From an uncultured Alphaproteobacteria bacterium (GTDB taxonomy: Bacteria > Pseudomonadota > Alphaproteobacteria > Sphingomonadales > Sphingomonadaceae), in contig CAVVQF010000006.1 in assembly GCA_963750315.1 (NCBI GenBank), positions 4,669-68,668 of the forward strand: DNA of 64,000 nt. The letters run 5' to 3'. Positions 1-9,428 of the stretch are shown here, piece after piece. The first letter of the stretch is position 1. Each line of letters begins with the position of its first letter. The translations under genes were made by a program, and so were the position numbers. Below the pieces are notes generated by a model that worked only from the letters and a program-made list of their open reading frames with translations, was not told the origin of the DNA and searched no databases.

Positions 1-66
1 GCCCAGCTTCGCTTCGCTGCCGGGATCGTCGGCTTCGCCAATCCCCCGGATTCTGCGCGGCGGCGC

Positions 67-153
67 TGGTGCGGACGGTGGGAATCGAACCCACACTCCC
101 GTTACGGGAAGAGGATTTTAAGTCCCCAGCGTCTACCGTTCCGCCACGTCCGC
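67..153 (-). tRNA. tRNA-Leu (anticodon TAA)
   Basis: Reverse complement reads GCGGACGTGGCGGAACGGTAGACGC...GGGGAC-TTAAAA-TCCTC, with a long variable arm, GGTTCGATTCC T-loop and encoded CCA end. Confidence 0.95.
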
Positions 154-187
154 TACTGCCAGCCGCGGCGACGGTAGTGCGCCCCGG

Positions 188-485
188 CTACTCGGCGGTA
201 ACTTCGCCTAAGTTCAGGCGCTCGCGCATTTCCTTGCCCGGCTTGAAATAGGGCACGCGCTTGGCGTCGACCGAAACCGGGTCGCCGGTGCGCGGATTGC
301 GGCCGACGCGCGCGTCGCGCTGGCGGGTCGAGAAGGCGCCGAAGCCGCGCAGCTCGACGCGGCCGCCCTGTGGCCAGCTGGTCGGTAATGGAATCGAACA
401 GCGCGCCGACGACGCCTTCGACCTCACGCTGCGTCAGGTCGGGAAAATCGCCGCACAGCTTCTGCACCAGTTCCGAACGGATCAT
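188..485 (-). CDS. ihfB: Integration host factor subunit beta (one frameshift near 370, probable sequencing error)
   Basis: [10 protein letters not shown]... joins [42 protein letters not shown] across two frames; lies downstream of rpsA. Confidence 0.92.
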
Positions 486-599
486 CTCATCCCCGCAGAT
501 TCAATTTTCGTTAACCGACGCCTCTCCCCCAAGAGGCGTCGGCGCAAGCTGTCAGAAAGGGTGCGGCGGCGCAAGTGCCGCCGTACCTTACACAAACTT

Positions 600-2343
600 T
601 TACTTTTTCTTCGTGGCCTTCTTCTCGTCTGGCTCGGTCGCGGCCTGCTTTTCCTTCAGCGCCGCACCGAGGATGTCGCCAAGCGACGCGCCGCTGTCGG
701 ACGAGCCGTACTGCGCAACCGCCTGCTTCTCTTCGGCGATCTGCATCGCCTTGATCGAGAAGTTCGGCTTCTTCGAGCGGTCGAGGCCGATGACCATCGC
801 GTCGAACTTCTGGCCGACCTGGAAGCGCTCCGGACGCTGCTCGTCGCGGTCGCGGCCAAGGTCGGTGCGCTTGAGGAAGCCCGAAGCGCCGCCCTCGGCG
901 ATCTGGACCTCGAGCCCGCCGTCGTTCACCTCGAGAACCTCGACGGTGACGATCTCGCCCTTCTTGGCGCCGCCGCCCGCTGCCGCGCGCGGCCGAAACG
1001 CCGCCACGCTCAAGCTGCTTGATGCCAAGGCTGATGCGCTCCTTCTCGACGTCGACGTCGAGCACCTGCGCCGAGACGCTCTCGCCCTTGCGGTGAAGGT
1101 TGAGCGCTTCCTCGCCCGACACGCCCCAGGCGATGTCCGACATGTGGACCATGCCGTCGACGTCGCCTTCGAGGCCGACGAACAGGCCGAACTCGGTCGA
1201 GTTCTTGACCTCGCCCTCGACGGTCGAGCCGACCGGGTGCGCCTCGGCGAAGGCTTCCCACGGGTTCGACTGAGCCTGCTTGAGGCCGAGCGAAATCCGG
1301 CGCTTCTCCTGGTCGACCTCGAGCACCTTCACTTCGACTTCCTGCGAAGTGCTGACGATCTTGCCCGGGTGGACGTTCTTCTTCGTCCAGCTCATTTCGG
1401 AGACGTGGACGAGGCCCTCGATGCCGGCTTCGAGCTCAACGAACGCACCATATTCGGTGATGTTCGTGACGCGGCCCTGGAACACGCCGCCGATCGGATA
1501 TTTGGCCGCCGCGCCTTCCCACGGATCGGTCTCGAGCTGCTTCATGCCGAGGCTGATGCGCTGCGTCTCGCGGTTGATGCGGATGATCTGCACCTTCACC
1601 GTGTCGCCGATGCCCAGCACTTCGCTCGGGTGATTGACGCGCTTGTAGCTGATGTCGGTGACGTGCAGCAGGCCGTCGATCCCGCCGAGGTCCACGAACG
1701 CACCGTAGTCGGTGATGTTCTTGACCACGCCGTCGATGACCTGGCCTTCCGCCAGCGACTGGATGAGGCCGCTGCGCTGCTCGGCGCGGGTCTCTTCGAG
1801 GATGGCGCGGCGCGACACGACGATGTTGCCGCGGCGGCGGTCCATCTTGAGCACCTGGAACGGCTGCGGGATTTCCATCAGCGGGCCGACGTCGCGGACC
1901 GGGCGGATGTCGACTTGCGGCCAGGCAGGAAGGCCACGGCGCCGCCGAGGTCGACGGTGAAGCCGCCCTTCACGCGGCCGAAGATCACGCCTTCGACGCG
2001 GTTGCCGGCTTCGAATTCCTTTTCGAGCGTGTCCCAGGCGGCTTCGCGGCGAGCGCGGTCGCGCGACAGCATCGCTTCGCCCTGCGAATTCTCGACGCGG
2101 TCGACGAACACTTCGACTGTCGTCGCCGACCTTAATTTCGGCTTTCTGGCCCGGCGCTGCGAACTCGCGCAGCGGCACTCGGCCTTCGGACTTCAGGCCC
2201 ACGTCGATCACCGCGAGATCGTTCTCGATCGCGGTCACGGTGCCCTTGACGACCTTGCCCTCGAAAGTCTCGTTCTCTCCGCCGAGGCTTTCATTGAGGA
2301 GCGCCGCGAAATCGTCGCGGGTCGGAAATGCCGTGGTTGCCAT
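600..2343 (-). CDS. rpsA: 30S ribosomal protein S1 (several frameshifts, probable errors)
   Basis: Repeated S1 domains (DVGLKSEGRVP, NITDYGAFVDLGGIDGLLH, ITEYGAFVELEAGIEGLVH) across ORFs 511-2343, 1878-2111 and 600-1028; C-terminus SGASLGDILGAAL. Confidence 0.95.
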
Positions 2344-2634
2344 AAAAGTGAGTGTCTTTCAGTCATTCGGGCCTGCCGCGCGACCGCCACCATGGCGAGC
2401 CTTCACATGCGGACCTGGTTCAATGCACTGCCGCAGCCACACCATGTGGAGGCGGCGTCCTGAGGGCGGTGAATTCGCGCGACAGCCCCACATGGAAAAA
2501 AGCGCGTCCCGGCGCCGGGATCAGCCGGGTCACCGTACGCGCTCGCCAAGGACGGGCTGTCCAGAGAGGAAAAGCCACCCGCCGGACGGCGGGCGCCTTA
2601 CTCTAGAGGGGGTTAGAGGGCAAGGCACAGCCTC

Positions 2635-2733
2635 GCGCTCCTGCGCAGGCAGGAGCCTAGTTTCCCGTAATCCTGCGAGTTACCCCTGTCCTGAGCTTGC
2701 CGAAGGGCGGGATCCAGCTTCTCTTCACTTTTG
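2635..2733. repeat. REP-like palindromic repeat cluster
   Basis: GCTCCTGCGCAGGCAGGAGC hairpin (same family as 30174-30268) followed by TGTCCTGAGCTTGCCGAAGG; non-coding. Confidence 0.55.
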
Positions 2734-2805
2734 AAGTGGCGGCCGCCAAGGTACGGCTGCTCGGGTTGGGGGAAGTGTGAGCAAATCTAGAATCGAGAAT
2801 CTCTC

Positions 2806-5735
2806 GTGACGCCACATGACTTTGTAGCCAAGTGGCGAGGCGTCGAGCTGAAAGAGCGCTCAGCGTCCCAAAGCCACTTCAATGATCTGTGCGCTCTGCT
2901 TGGGGTGGTTGACCCCATCTCCGCCGACCCTGTCGGCGATTGGTTCACCTTTGAAAAGGGCGCCAGCAAGACCAGCGGCGGCGAAGGCTGGGCCGACGTC
3001 TGGCGCAAGGGCTGCTTCGCCTGGGAGTACAAGGGCAAGCGCAAGGACCTCGACAAGCCGCTTTCGCGCAGCTGCTGCAGTACGCGTCGCGCTGGAAAAC
3101 CCGCCGCTGCTGATCGCCTCCGACATGGACCGCATTCGTCGTCCACACCAACTGGACCAACACCGTCCAGGAGATGCACGAGTTCGCGCTCGAGGACCTG
3201 ATCGACGGCGATCGCTGCGCGAACGGCTCAAGCAGGCGTTTCGCCGATCCCGAGCGCCTTCAAGCCGCGCAAGACGCCGGCAGGCACTGACCGAGGAGAC
3301 GGCCGCGCGAGTTCGCCGGCCTGGCGCAGCGGCTGCGCGAGCGCGGGCACGAAGCCCATCAGGTCGCGCACTTCGTCAACCGGCTGGTCTTCTGCATGTT
3401 CGCCGAGGACGTCGGGCCTGCTGCCGCGACAACATCTGTTCACGCGGATGCTGGAACGCAGCCGGCGCGACCCGGCGGAGTTCGCGACCAATGCGCGGCA
3501 CGCTGTTCGGCGCGATGGCGCAAGGGCGGCAAGGTCGGCTTCGACAGCCGTCGACTGGTTCAACGGCGGCCTGTTCGACGACGACGACGCGCTGCCGCTG
3601 ACCGCGCGACGATATCGACGACCTGTTGCAGCGCGGCGCGGCGCGACTGGGCGCAGATCGACCCGTCGATCCTCGGCACGCTGTTCGAACGCGGGCTCGA
3701 CCCGGCGAAGCGCAGCCAGCTCGGCGCGCACTACACCGACCGCGACAAGATCATGATGATCGTGGAGCCGGTGATCATCGACCCGCTGGAGGCCGAATGG
3801 GCCGAGGCGCTGGCGCGGATGACCGCGCTGGTCGAAAGCGCGCCGAGCGCGACCGCGGAAAGACTGCTGCGCCGGCGCGAGCTGGCGCAAGCGAACCAAG
3901 GCGCTCGACGAAGCGGCGGCGATCCACAGCGCCTTCATCGACCGGCTGGCGGCGTTCCGCGTGCTCGACCCGGCCTGCGGCTCGGGCAATTTCCTCTACG
4001 TCGCGCTGCGGGCGCTGAAGGACATCGAGCATCGCGCCAACCTCGACGCCGAGGCGCTGGGCCTGCCGCGCGGCTTTCCGCGCGTCGGGCCGGAATGCGT
4101 GCTGGGCATCGAGCTCAACCCCTACGCCGCCGAACTGGCGCGCGTGTCGGTGTGGATCGGCGAGATCCAGTGGATGCGCGCGCAACGGCTTCGACGCGGC
4201 GCGCAACCCGATCCTGCGGCCGCTGGACACGATCGAGTGCCGCGACGCGGTGCTGAACCAGGACGGGACGCGGGCGGAGTGGCCGGAGGCGGATGTGAGT
4301 GATCGGCAATCCGCCGTTCCTGGGCGGCAAGCAAGCATCGGCACCGAACTTGGGTGAGGAATACGCGGAGCGTCTGCGCCGAGCGCCTATCGGGCGGAAG
4401 TGCCGGCGTGGCCGATCTGGTTTGCTTATTGGTTCGCGAAAGCTTGGGCGCAGATGCAGTCGGGAAAGCTCAAACGCGCCGGCCTCGTAGCGACCAACTC
4501 CATCCGCGGCGGCGCCAACCGGGAGGTGCTCAAGCCGATCGCTGAGCGGGGCTCGCATCTTCGAGGCTTGGAGCGACGAGCCTTGGACCGTGGACGGCGC
4601 GGCAGTCCGGGTTTCGATTGTTTGCTTTGCAAGCGCGAAAGATCCGAAGCTCACGATCTCGAACGGCAGTCGAAGTAGCTCGAGATCTTATCCCGACCTC
4701 ACGGGGCAGCGCTGTTCGACCAACTCTCAGCTCACTAGCCGCTCAAGGAAAATGCTGACGTCGCCTTTCAGGGTCACAACTAGAGGCGGCCCCTTTGAAT
4801 TCGCAGGTGCTCAAGCGCGTGATCATGGCTTGAGCGCCCGCTAATCCGAACGGACGAACAACGCCGACGTCGCTGAGGCCTTGGACAAACGGCCAGGACG
4901 TCACGCGGCGCCATCGAGATCATTGGATCATCATTTTGCCGGATATGATCGAGCAGCGAAGCCGCGCTTTATGAAGCGCCGTTCGCATATCGTCAACGAT
5001 CACGTGCAACCGTATCGCGCGCGACAAAGCCAACATGAAGCTCTCGCCAAATTTTGGTGGCGGCATGTGAGCCAGTCGCGCTGAACTTTGCCGCCGTTCG
5101 GCCGTTGACCGGACAATTCATCGTCACGTCCTCGTGTCGCGAAGCATCGGCTCTTCGTTTGGCTGGCCATGCCACAGTCTCGCGGACAGCGCTACTGTCG
5201 CCATCGCCCGCGACGACGACACCACCTTCGGCATCCTCCACTCGCGCTTTCACGAGCTCTGGTCGCTGCGCATGGGCACTTGGCTCGGCGTAGGCAACGA
5301 CCCCGCTACACCCCCTCCACCACCTTCGAGACCTTCCCCTTCCCCGAAGGCCTGACGCCCGACATTCCCGCCGCCGATTATGCCGACGATCCGCGCGCGC
5401 AGGCGATCGCGGCGGCCGCGGCGCGGCTGAACGAGCTGCGCGAGAACTGGCTCAATCCCGCCGACCTGGTCGTGCGCGAGCCGGAGGTCGTGCCGGGCTA
5501 TCCCGACCGCATCCTGCCGCAGCGACGAGGAAGCGGCGAAGGAGCTGAAGAAGCGCACGCTGACCAACCTCTACAACGCGCGCCCGCAATGGCTGGCCAA
5601 CGCCCACGCCGCGCTCGATGAGGCGGTCGCCGACGCCTACGGCTGGGGCGACGACTGGCGCGCCGGATGCTGACCGACGACGAAATCCTGGCGCGTCTGT
5701 TCGCCCTAAATCAGGAACGCGCTGCAAATTCTTGA
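2806..5735 (+). CDS. MmeI-like type IIL restriction-modification enzyme / N6-adenine DNA methyltransferase (many frameshifts)
   Basis: N-terminus ERSASQSHFNDLC..GWADVWRKGCFAWEYK; FNGGLF; SILGTLFERGLDP..RSQLGAHYT; motif I LDPACGSGNFL; motif IV IGNPPF; ATNSIRGG; C-terminus YTPSTTFETFPFP, RTLTNLYNARP, EILARLFALNQER. Confidence 0.85.
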
Positions 5736-5848
5736 CCTTCTCGAATTCCGTAACTACATAATGTGCGTCGCCGGAATAAGGTGCGATTCAAATCCTGCCA
5801 CGGAGGGCTCAATGTTGTTTCGCGTATTGAAATTGAGGGTGGCGGATA

Positions 5849-6122
5849 ATGCGTATCGCTTACGACCCGGAGAAGCGGGCGAAGGTCCTCGCTGAGCGAG
5901 GACTGGATTTTGAAGATGCCGTGCACGTCTTTGCTGGAACCACCATCGATTACGTCGATGACCGGCGGGACTATGGCGAGGAGCGCTGGATTACGTTCGG
6001 GCTTTTGAACGGTCGGCTAGTGTCGGTCGTTTGGAATTCCTCGCGGGAAAGCGCAGCACATCATCTCGATGAGAAAAGCCAATGATCGCGAAAGAAAAGT
6101 CTACGAAGGGCAAGTGGGTTGA
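5849..6122 (+). CDS. brnT: BrnT family toxin (ribonuclease); frameshift near 6040
   Basis: YDPEK...ERGLDFEDA..F...DDRRDYGEERWITFG, continuing in another frame as IISMRKANDRERKVY. Confidence 0.85.
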
Positions 6123-6384
6123 TCCTGACGACGCGCCGGAGCTCACGGCGGATGTGGCAGCGCGTGCCCAGATCGCGCGTGGCGGCAAGGTCGTCCGCGA
6201 AGCTACTGGCACGCTTACGAAGCGCGGCCGTCCACCGGTTGGTGACGAGCCGAAGCAGCAGGTGACTCTTCGTCTTTCGAGGGACGTCCTGGGGCATTTC
6301 AAGGCGGGCGGTCCGGGCTGGCAGTCGCGCATTAATAAGGTTCTTGAGCAGTATTCGCGCAGCCACCAGCGTAAGTCTGCGTAG
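6082..6384 (+). CDS. brnA: BrnA family antitoxin
   Basis: DPDDAPELT...RGRPP...KQQVTLRLSRDVLGHFKAGGPGWQSRINKVL; overlaps brnT. Confidence 0.9.
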   Translation: MIAKEKSTKGKWVDPDDAPELTADVAARAQIARGGKVVREATGTLTKRGRPPVGDEPKQQVTLRLSRDVLGHFKAGGPGWQSRINKVLEQYSRSHQRKSA

Positions 6385-6391
6385 GCAGGCC

Positions 6392-6560
6392 GTCACGGGA
6401 GTAAATCCCGTGAGGTGAGCGTCGCTCGCCTTCGGCTCCGGACGCGTCTCGCAGCGCGGCTTAGGACGCTTGCTCGCGCGCCGGCCGAGCAATTTCCATC
6501 TCTGCGCGCTGGCTCCCGAATGCTCCGCATTCGCTCACCTGCGCTCGGTGGAAACTGCTG
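6392..6560. repeat. Cluster of short palindromes / REP-like hairpins after the TA pair
   Basis: TCACGGGA-GTAAA-TCCCGTGA, TTGCTCG...CGAGCAA and CGAATGC-TCC-GCATTCG hairpins; no credible ORF. Confidence 0.4.
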
Positions 6561-6951
6561 TCCTACAGCCCCCAGTTTGTGCCTTAAGCTCGCGGATGAG
6601 TTTCCAATGCCCACACCTGTCCGTTTTCGCCTCCCGCAGCTGGCCGTAAAGTTGCGAAGTGGAGGAAGTGGAAGACCCCCCGGTTTCAATCAGTCGGTCG
6701 GCTTCCGCACAGGTCGCTACTGCCCGAAATCACCGCCGTCACTGTGAACATTGTGAACATTCGCCGCCCAGCCCGAAACCGCGCGGCACGGTCAATTTGG
6801 TCAACTTCCCCTCGGTGGAAGTCCTACAGGTCGCGCGAAACTGTCACCTTTGACGCGCACCGAAACTTGCCAATTTGCGATTTTCGGAGAATTTCAACGC
6901 TCGTGCGTTACGCACTCAGGGTCGTGCCGGTTGGATAGGGGAAAAGCTGGC

Positions 6952-7264
6952 TTGAAACTGACGATTGCCGTGGGACTTGCCGTTGCATCGACTGGCGTCA
7001 TGGCGGAGGCCAAGCTGCCTCCGCTGCGCGACCCTGTGTTCCTCAACATCGGCTTCGTCTGCCAGTGGCAGGACGCCTGCATCGAGAAGCAGCAGAGCGC
7101 GATGAAGAAGGCGCTCGCCTACGGGAAGAAAGCCAAGCCGAGCAACTGGCAGGTTCAATTCTGCAATCGCCGCGCAACCTTCCGGCGGTAGCGGCCGGAT
7201 CGACTGGATCAGCTACTATGCCTGCATCCGCAATCCGAAAATCCGGAACGCTGCGGGCCGCTAA
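6952..7264 (+). CDS. Small secreted Cys-containing hypothetical protein (frameshift near 7180)
   Basis: Signal-peptide-like MKLTIAVGLAVASTGVMA, then DPVFLNIGFVCQW..C, FCNR, and RIDWISYYACIRNP in the next frame. Confidence 0.6.
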
Positions 7265-7379
7265 AACGGTGGATAAGTCAGTCGGATCACTCCGAAAGTA
7301 TCAATTCGTTAACCATTTCGGACCGATTTTTGGACTGTCCGCGGCGCAAGTCGATGCCCGCGCGGGCAGGAGGACATAA

Positions 7380-7560
7380 GTGCCTTATTACAGGCTATAT
7401 TTCCTGGATCACCGCGGCCGCTTCGGGCTTGTCGATGGGTTTCCCGCCGAGGATGACGCAATGCGCCATCCGGCAGGCGGACGCTCATGTCGAAACGGTC
7501 AAGGAATTGTGGTGCGGCGGACGCCGCGTGAAGCAGTGGAGCGAGGACAAGGCGGCCTGA
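7380..7560 (+). CDS. Small hypothetical protein (frameshift near 7460)
   Basis: AGGAGG RBS; MPYYRLYFLD...FPAEDDA joins AIRQAD...ELWCGGRRVKQW; TTAACCAT half-site upstream at 7309-7316. Confidence 0.6.
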
Positions 7561-9178
7561 CCGCCGCCGCGCGTTCTACCAGCTGCGGCGCATCTTCGGC
7601 CGGGCTTCGCCCTCGCCGTCGTCGGACGCCTGATCTGCCGGTCCCGCCGCTGCGCTCCTTCATTTCGAGGAAGGTGCGGACGGTATCCGCCGACAGCGGC
7701 CGGCCGAACAGATAGCCCTGCCCTTCGGCACAGCCATATTTGCCGAGCTCGTTGCGGACCTGCTCGGACTCGATGCCCTCGGCGGTGATCGGCACGTTGA
7801 GCGTGTGGCCAAGGCTGGTGATCGTGTTGACGATCGCCGCGGTCTGCTCGCTCTTGACGATCGTGCTGATGAAGCTCCGGTCGATCTTGATGCGGTCGAT
7901 CGGCAGCGTGTTGACCTGCGATAGCGAGGCATAGCCGGTGCCGAAGTCGTCGAGCGAAATGCTGATGCCAACGTTCTTCAGGCTGCCGATGGTCGCCAGC
8001 ACCTGCTCGCGGTCTTCGAGCAGCGACGCCTCGGTGATCTCGACTTCCAGCCGGTTCGGCGGGAAGCCGGCCTCGGTGACCAGCTTCATGATGTGCTGGG
8101 CAAGCTGCGGATCGCGGAACTGCACCGGCGAGACGTTGATGGCGATCTTCAGGTGCTGCGGCCAGCCACGCGCTTCGCGCAGCGCCTGCTCGACGACGCT
8201 CATCGTCAGCGGTCCGATCAGGCCGGTCTTCTCGGCCGCCTCGATGAAGGCTTCCGCCTCCAGGAACCCGCGGGTCGGCGAGCGCCAGCGGGCCAGCGCC
8301 TCGAACCCGACCAGCTCGCGGGTGGTGAGGTCGATCAGCGGCTGGAAGAACGGGATGAACTCGCCTGCCTCGATGCCACTGCGAATGTCTTCTTCGAACT
8401 TCACCCGGTCGGTCAGCTCGCGCTCGAGCTCCGGATCGAACCAGGCGAAGCAGTTCCGGCCGGCGCGCTTCGCCGCGTAAAGGGCGAAATCGCTTTCGCG
8501 GAGGACGTCTTCCTCATTCTGCAGCTTGCGAACCTGCGACAGGCCGATCGAGGCGGTGACGAACACTCGCACCGCGCCAAGGTCGACCGGCTTCGACATC
8601 CGGGCGATGATGGCTTGCGCCACGCGTTCCGCTTCCTTGCTGCTGGCCTCGTCGAGAAGGACGGCAAATTCGTCGCCGCCGATGCGCGCGCAGCAGCTTC
8701 CCTCGGGCGATTCCTCGACCAGGGTTTGGGCAACGACCTTCAGCAGCTGGTCGCCGGCCAGGTGGCCGTGGAGGTCGTTCACTCGCTTGAAGTGATCAAG
8801 ATCGACCATGAGCAGTACGCCGGACGTCCGCGCAACAAGCGAAAGCTCGAGTGCGTTCATCAGTTCGCGGCGATTGGCGAGGCCGGTCGCGGGGTCGGAA
8901 TTGGCGTTGCGTTCCGCGGTCCGCTCTGCCTTGTCATAGGCTTCGAGCGCATCCTTCAGATCCTTCGATCGACGCCAGCCGAACAGGATGATGGCAATAT
9001 TCAGGATGAACGCGACCGACAGAGCATTGTCGTAAGCCTGCTCCTGCAGGCCCGCGAATGCCGAGGGCACGACCTGGCTGCCCAGCGCGACAAACAGAAC
9101 GATTGCCGCCGCCGTTGCACAGCTCGTGATCAAATGGCTGCTCGCGATCCTCACAGCCGTGCTCCTCGTACCCTGCAC
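7499..9178 (-). CDS. Membrane-anchored diguanylate cyclase/phosphodiesterase (GGDEF-EAL); 3' end uncertain
   Basis: Two N-terminal TM segments, DLDHFKRVND..GH..GD, RIGGDEF, GFEALAR, DDFGTGY, IKIDRSF, AEGIE, QGYLF. Confidence 0.93.
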   Translation of the reverse strand: MQGTRSTAVRIASSHLITSCATAAAIVLFVALGSQVVPSAFAGLQEQAYDNALSVAFILNIAIILFGWRRSKDLKDALEAYDKAERTAERNANSDPATGLANRRELMNALELSLVARTSGVLLMVDLDHFKRVNDLHGHLAGDQLLKVVAQTLVEESPEGSCCARIGGDEFAVLLDEASSKEAERVAQAIIARMSKPVDLGAVRVFVTASIGLSQVRKLQNEEDVLRESDFALYAAKRAGRNCFAWFDPELERELTDRVKFEEDIRSGIEAGEFIPFFQPLIDLTTRELVGFEALARWRSPTRGFLEAEAFIEAAEKTGLIGPLTMSVVEQALREARGWPQHLKIAINVSPVQFRDPQLAQHIMKLVTEAGFPPNRLEVEITEASLLEDREQVLATIGSLKNVGISISLDDFGTGYASLSQVNTLPIDRIKIDRSFISTIVKSEQTAAIVNTITSLGHTLNVPITAEGIESEQVRNELGKYGCAEGQGYLFGRPLSADTVRTFLEMKERSGGTGRSGVRRRRGRSPAEDAPQLVERAAAVRPPCPRSTASRGVRRTTIP

Positions 9179-9276
9179 TTCCCGGTCACTCTCGGTTGGT
9201 CCACTGCCGATTGAGTAGCGATAATGTGTGAAAATTCCGCTACTCCGCCTCTAGGAAGATTCCTATTGCAAATAGG

Positions 9277-9291
9277 GAACGAAACCGGAAC
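9277..9291 (+). promoter_or_regulatory. Alphaproteobacterial LexA (SOS) box overlapping a sigma70-like promoter
   Basis: GAAC-GAAACCG-GAAC = GAAC-N7-GAAC, just downstream of TTGCAA (9266-9271). Confidence 0.7.
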
Positions 9292-9335
9292 AAGTGGCTT
9301 CGGAGTCGCCGTCGGCTTCGCTGAGGAGGTCTCGG

Positions 9336-9428
9336 GTGCTCGTTCTAGATCCCACTGCCGTGTTCGCCATCGCCGCGCTGATCACCAGCGTATCGGCGCT
9401 CATCTGGGCGGTTCGGAGGAAGCCCTAG
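9336..9428 (+). CDS. 30-aa single-TM small protein (not in the ORF track)
   Basis: AGGAGG at 9324-9329, GTG start, MLVLDPTAVFAIAALITSVSALIWAVRRKP*; hydrophobic core with basic C-terminus. Confidence 0.7.
   Translation: MLVLDPTAVFAIAALITSVSALIWAVRRKP

Noticed and set aside
370-2463. 697-aa plus-strand ORF and other long antisense ORFs (e.g. 8093-9214, 17441-18715, 33911-35386, 36370-37590, 53111-54259)
   Set aside because: They are shadow frames opposite well-identified genes. High-GC codon bias suppresses antisense stops, and they carry no recognisable motifs.
6415-6747. 110-aa ORF after brnA
   Set aside because: Arg/Pro-rich translation of palindromic repeat DNA, with no RBS or motif.
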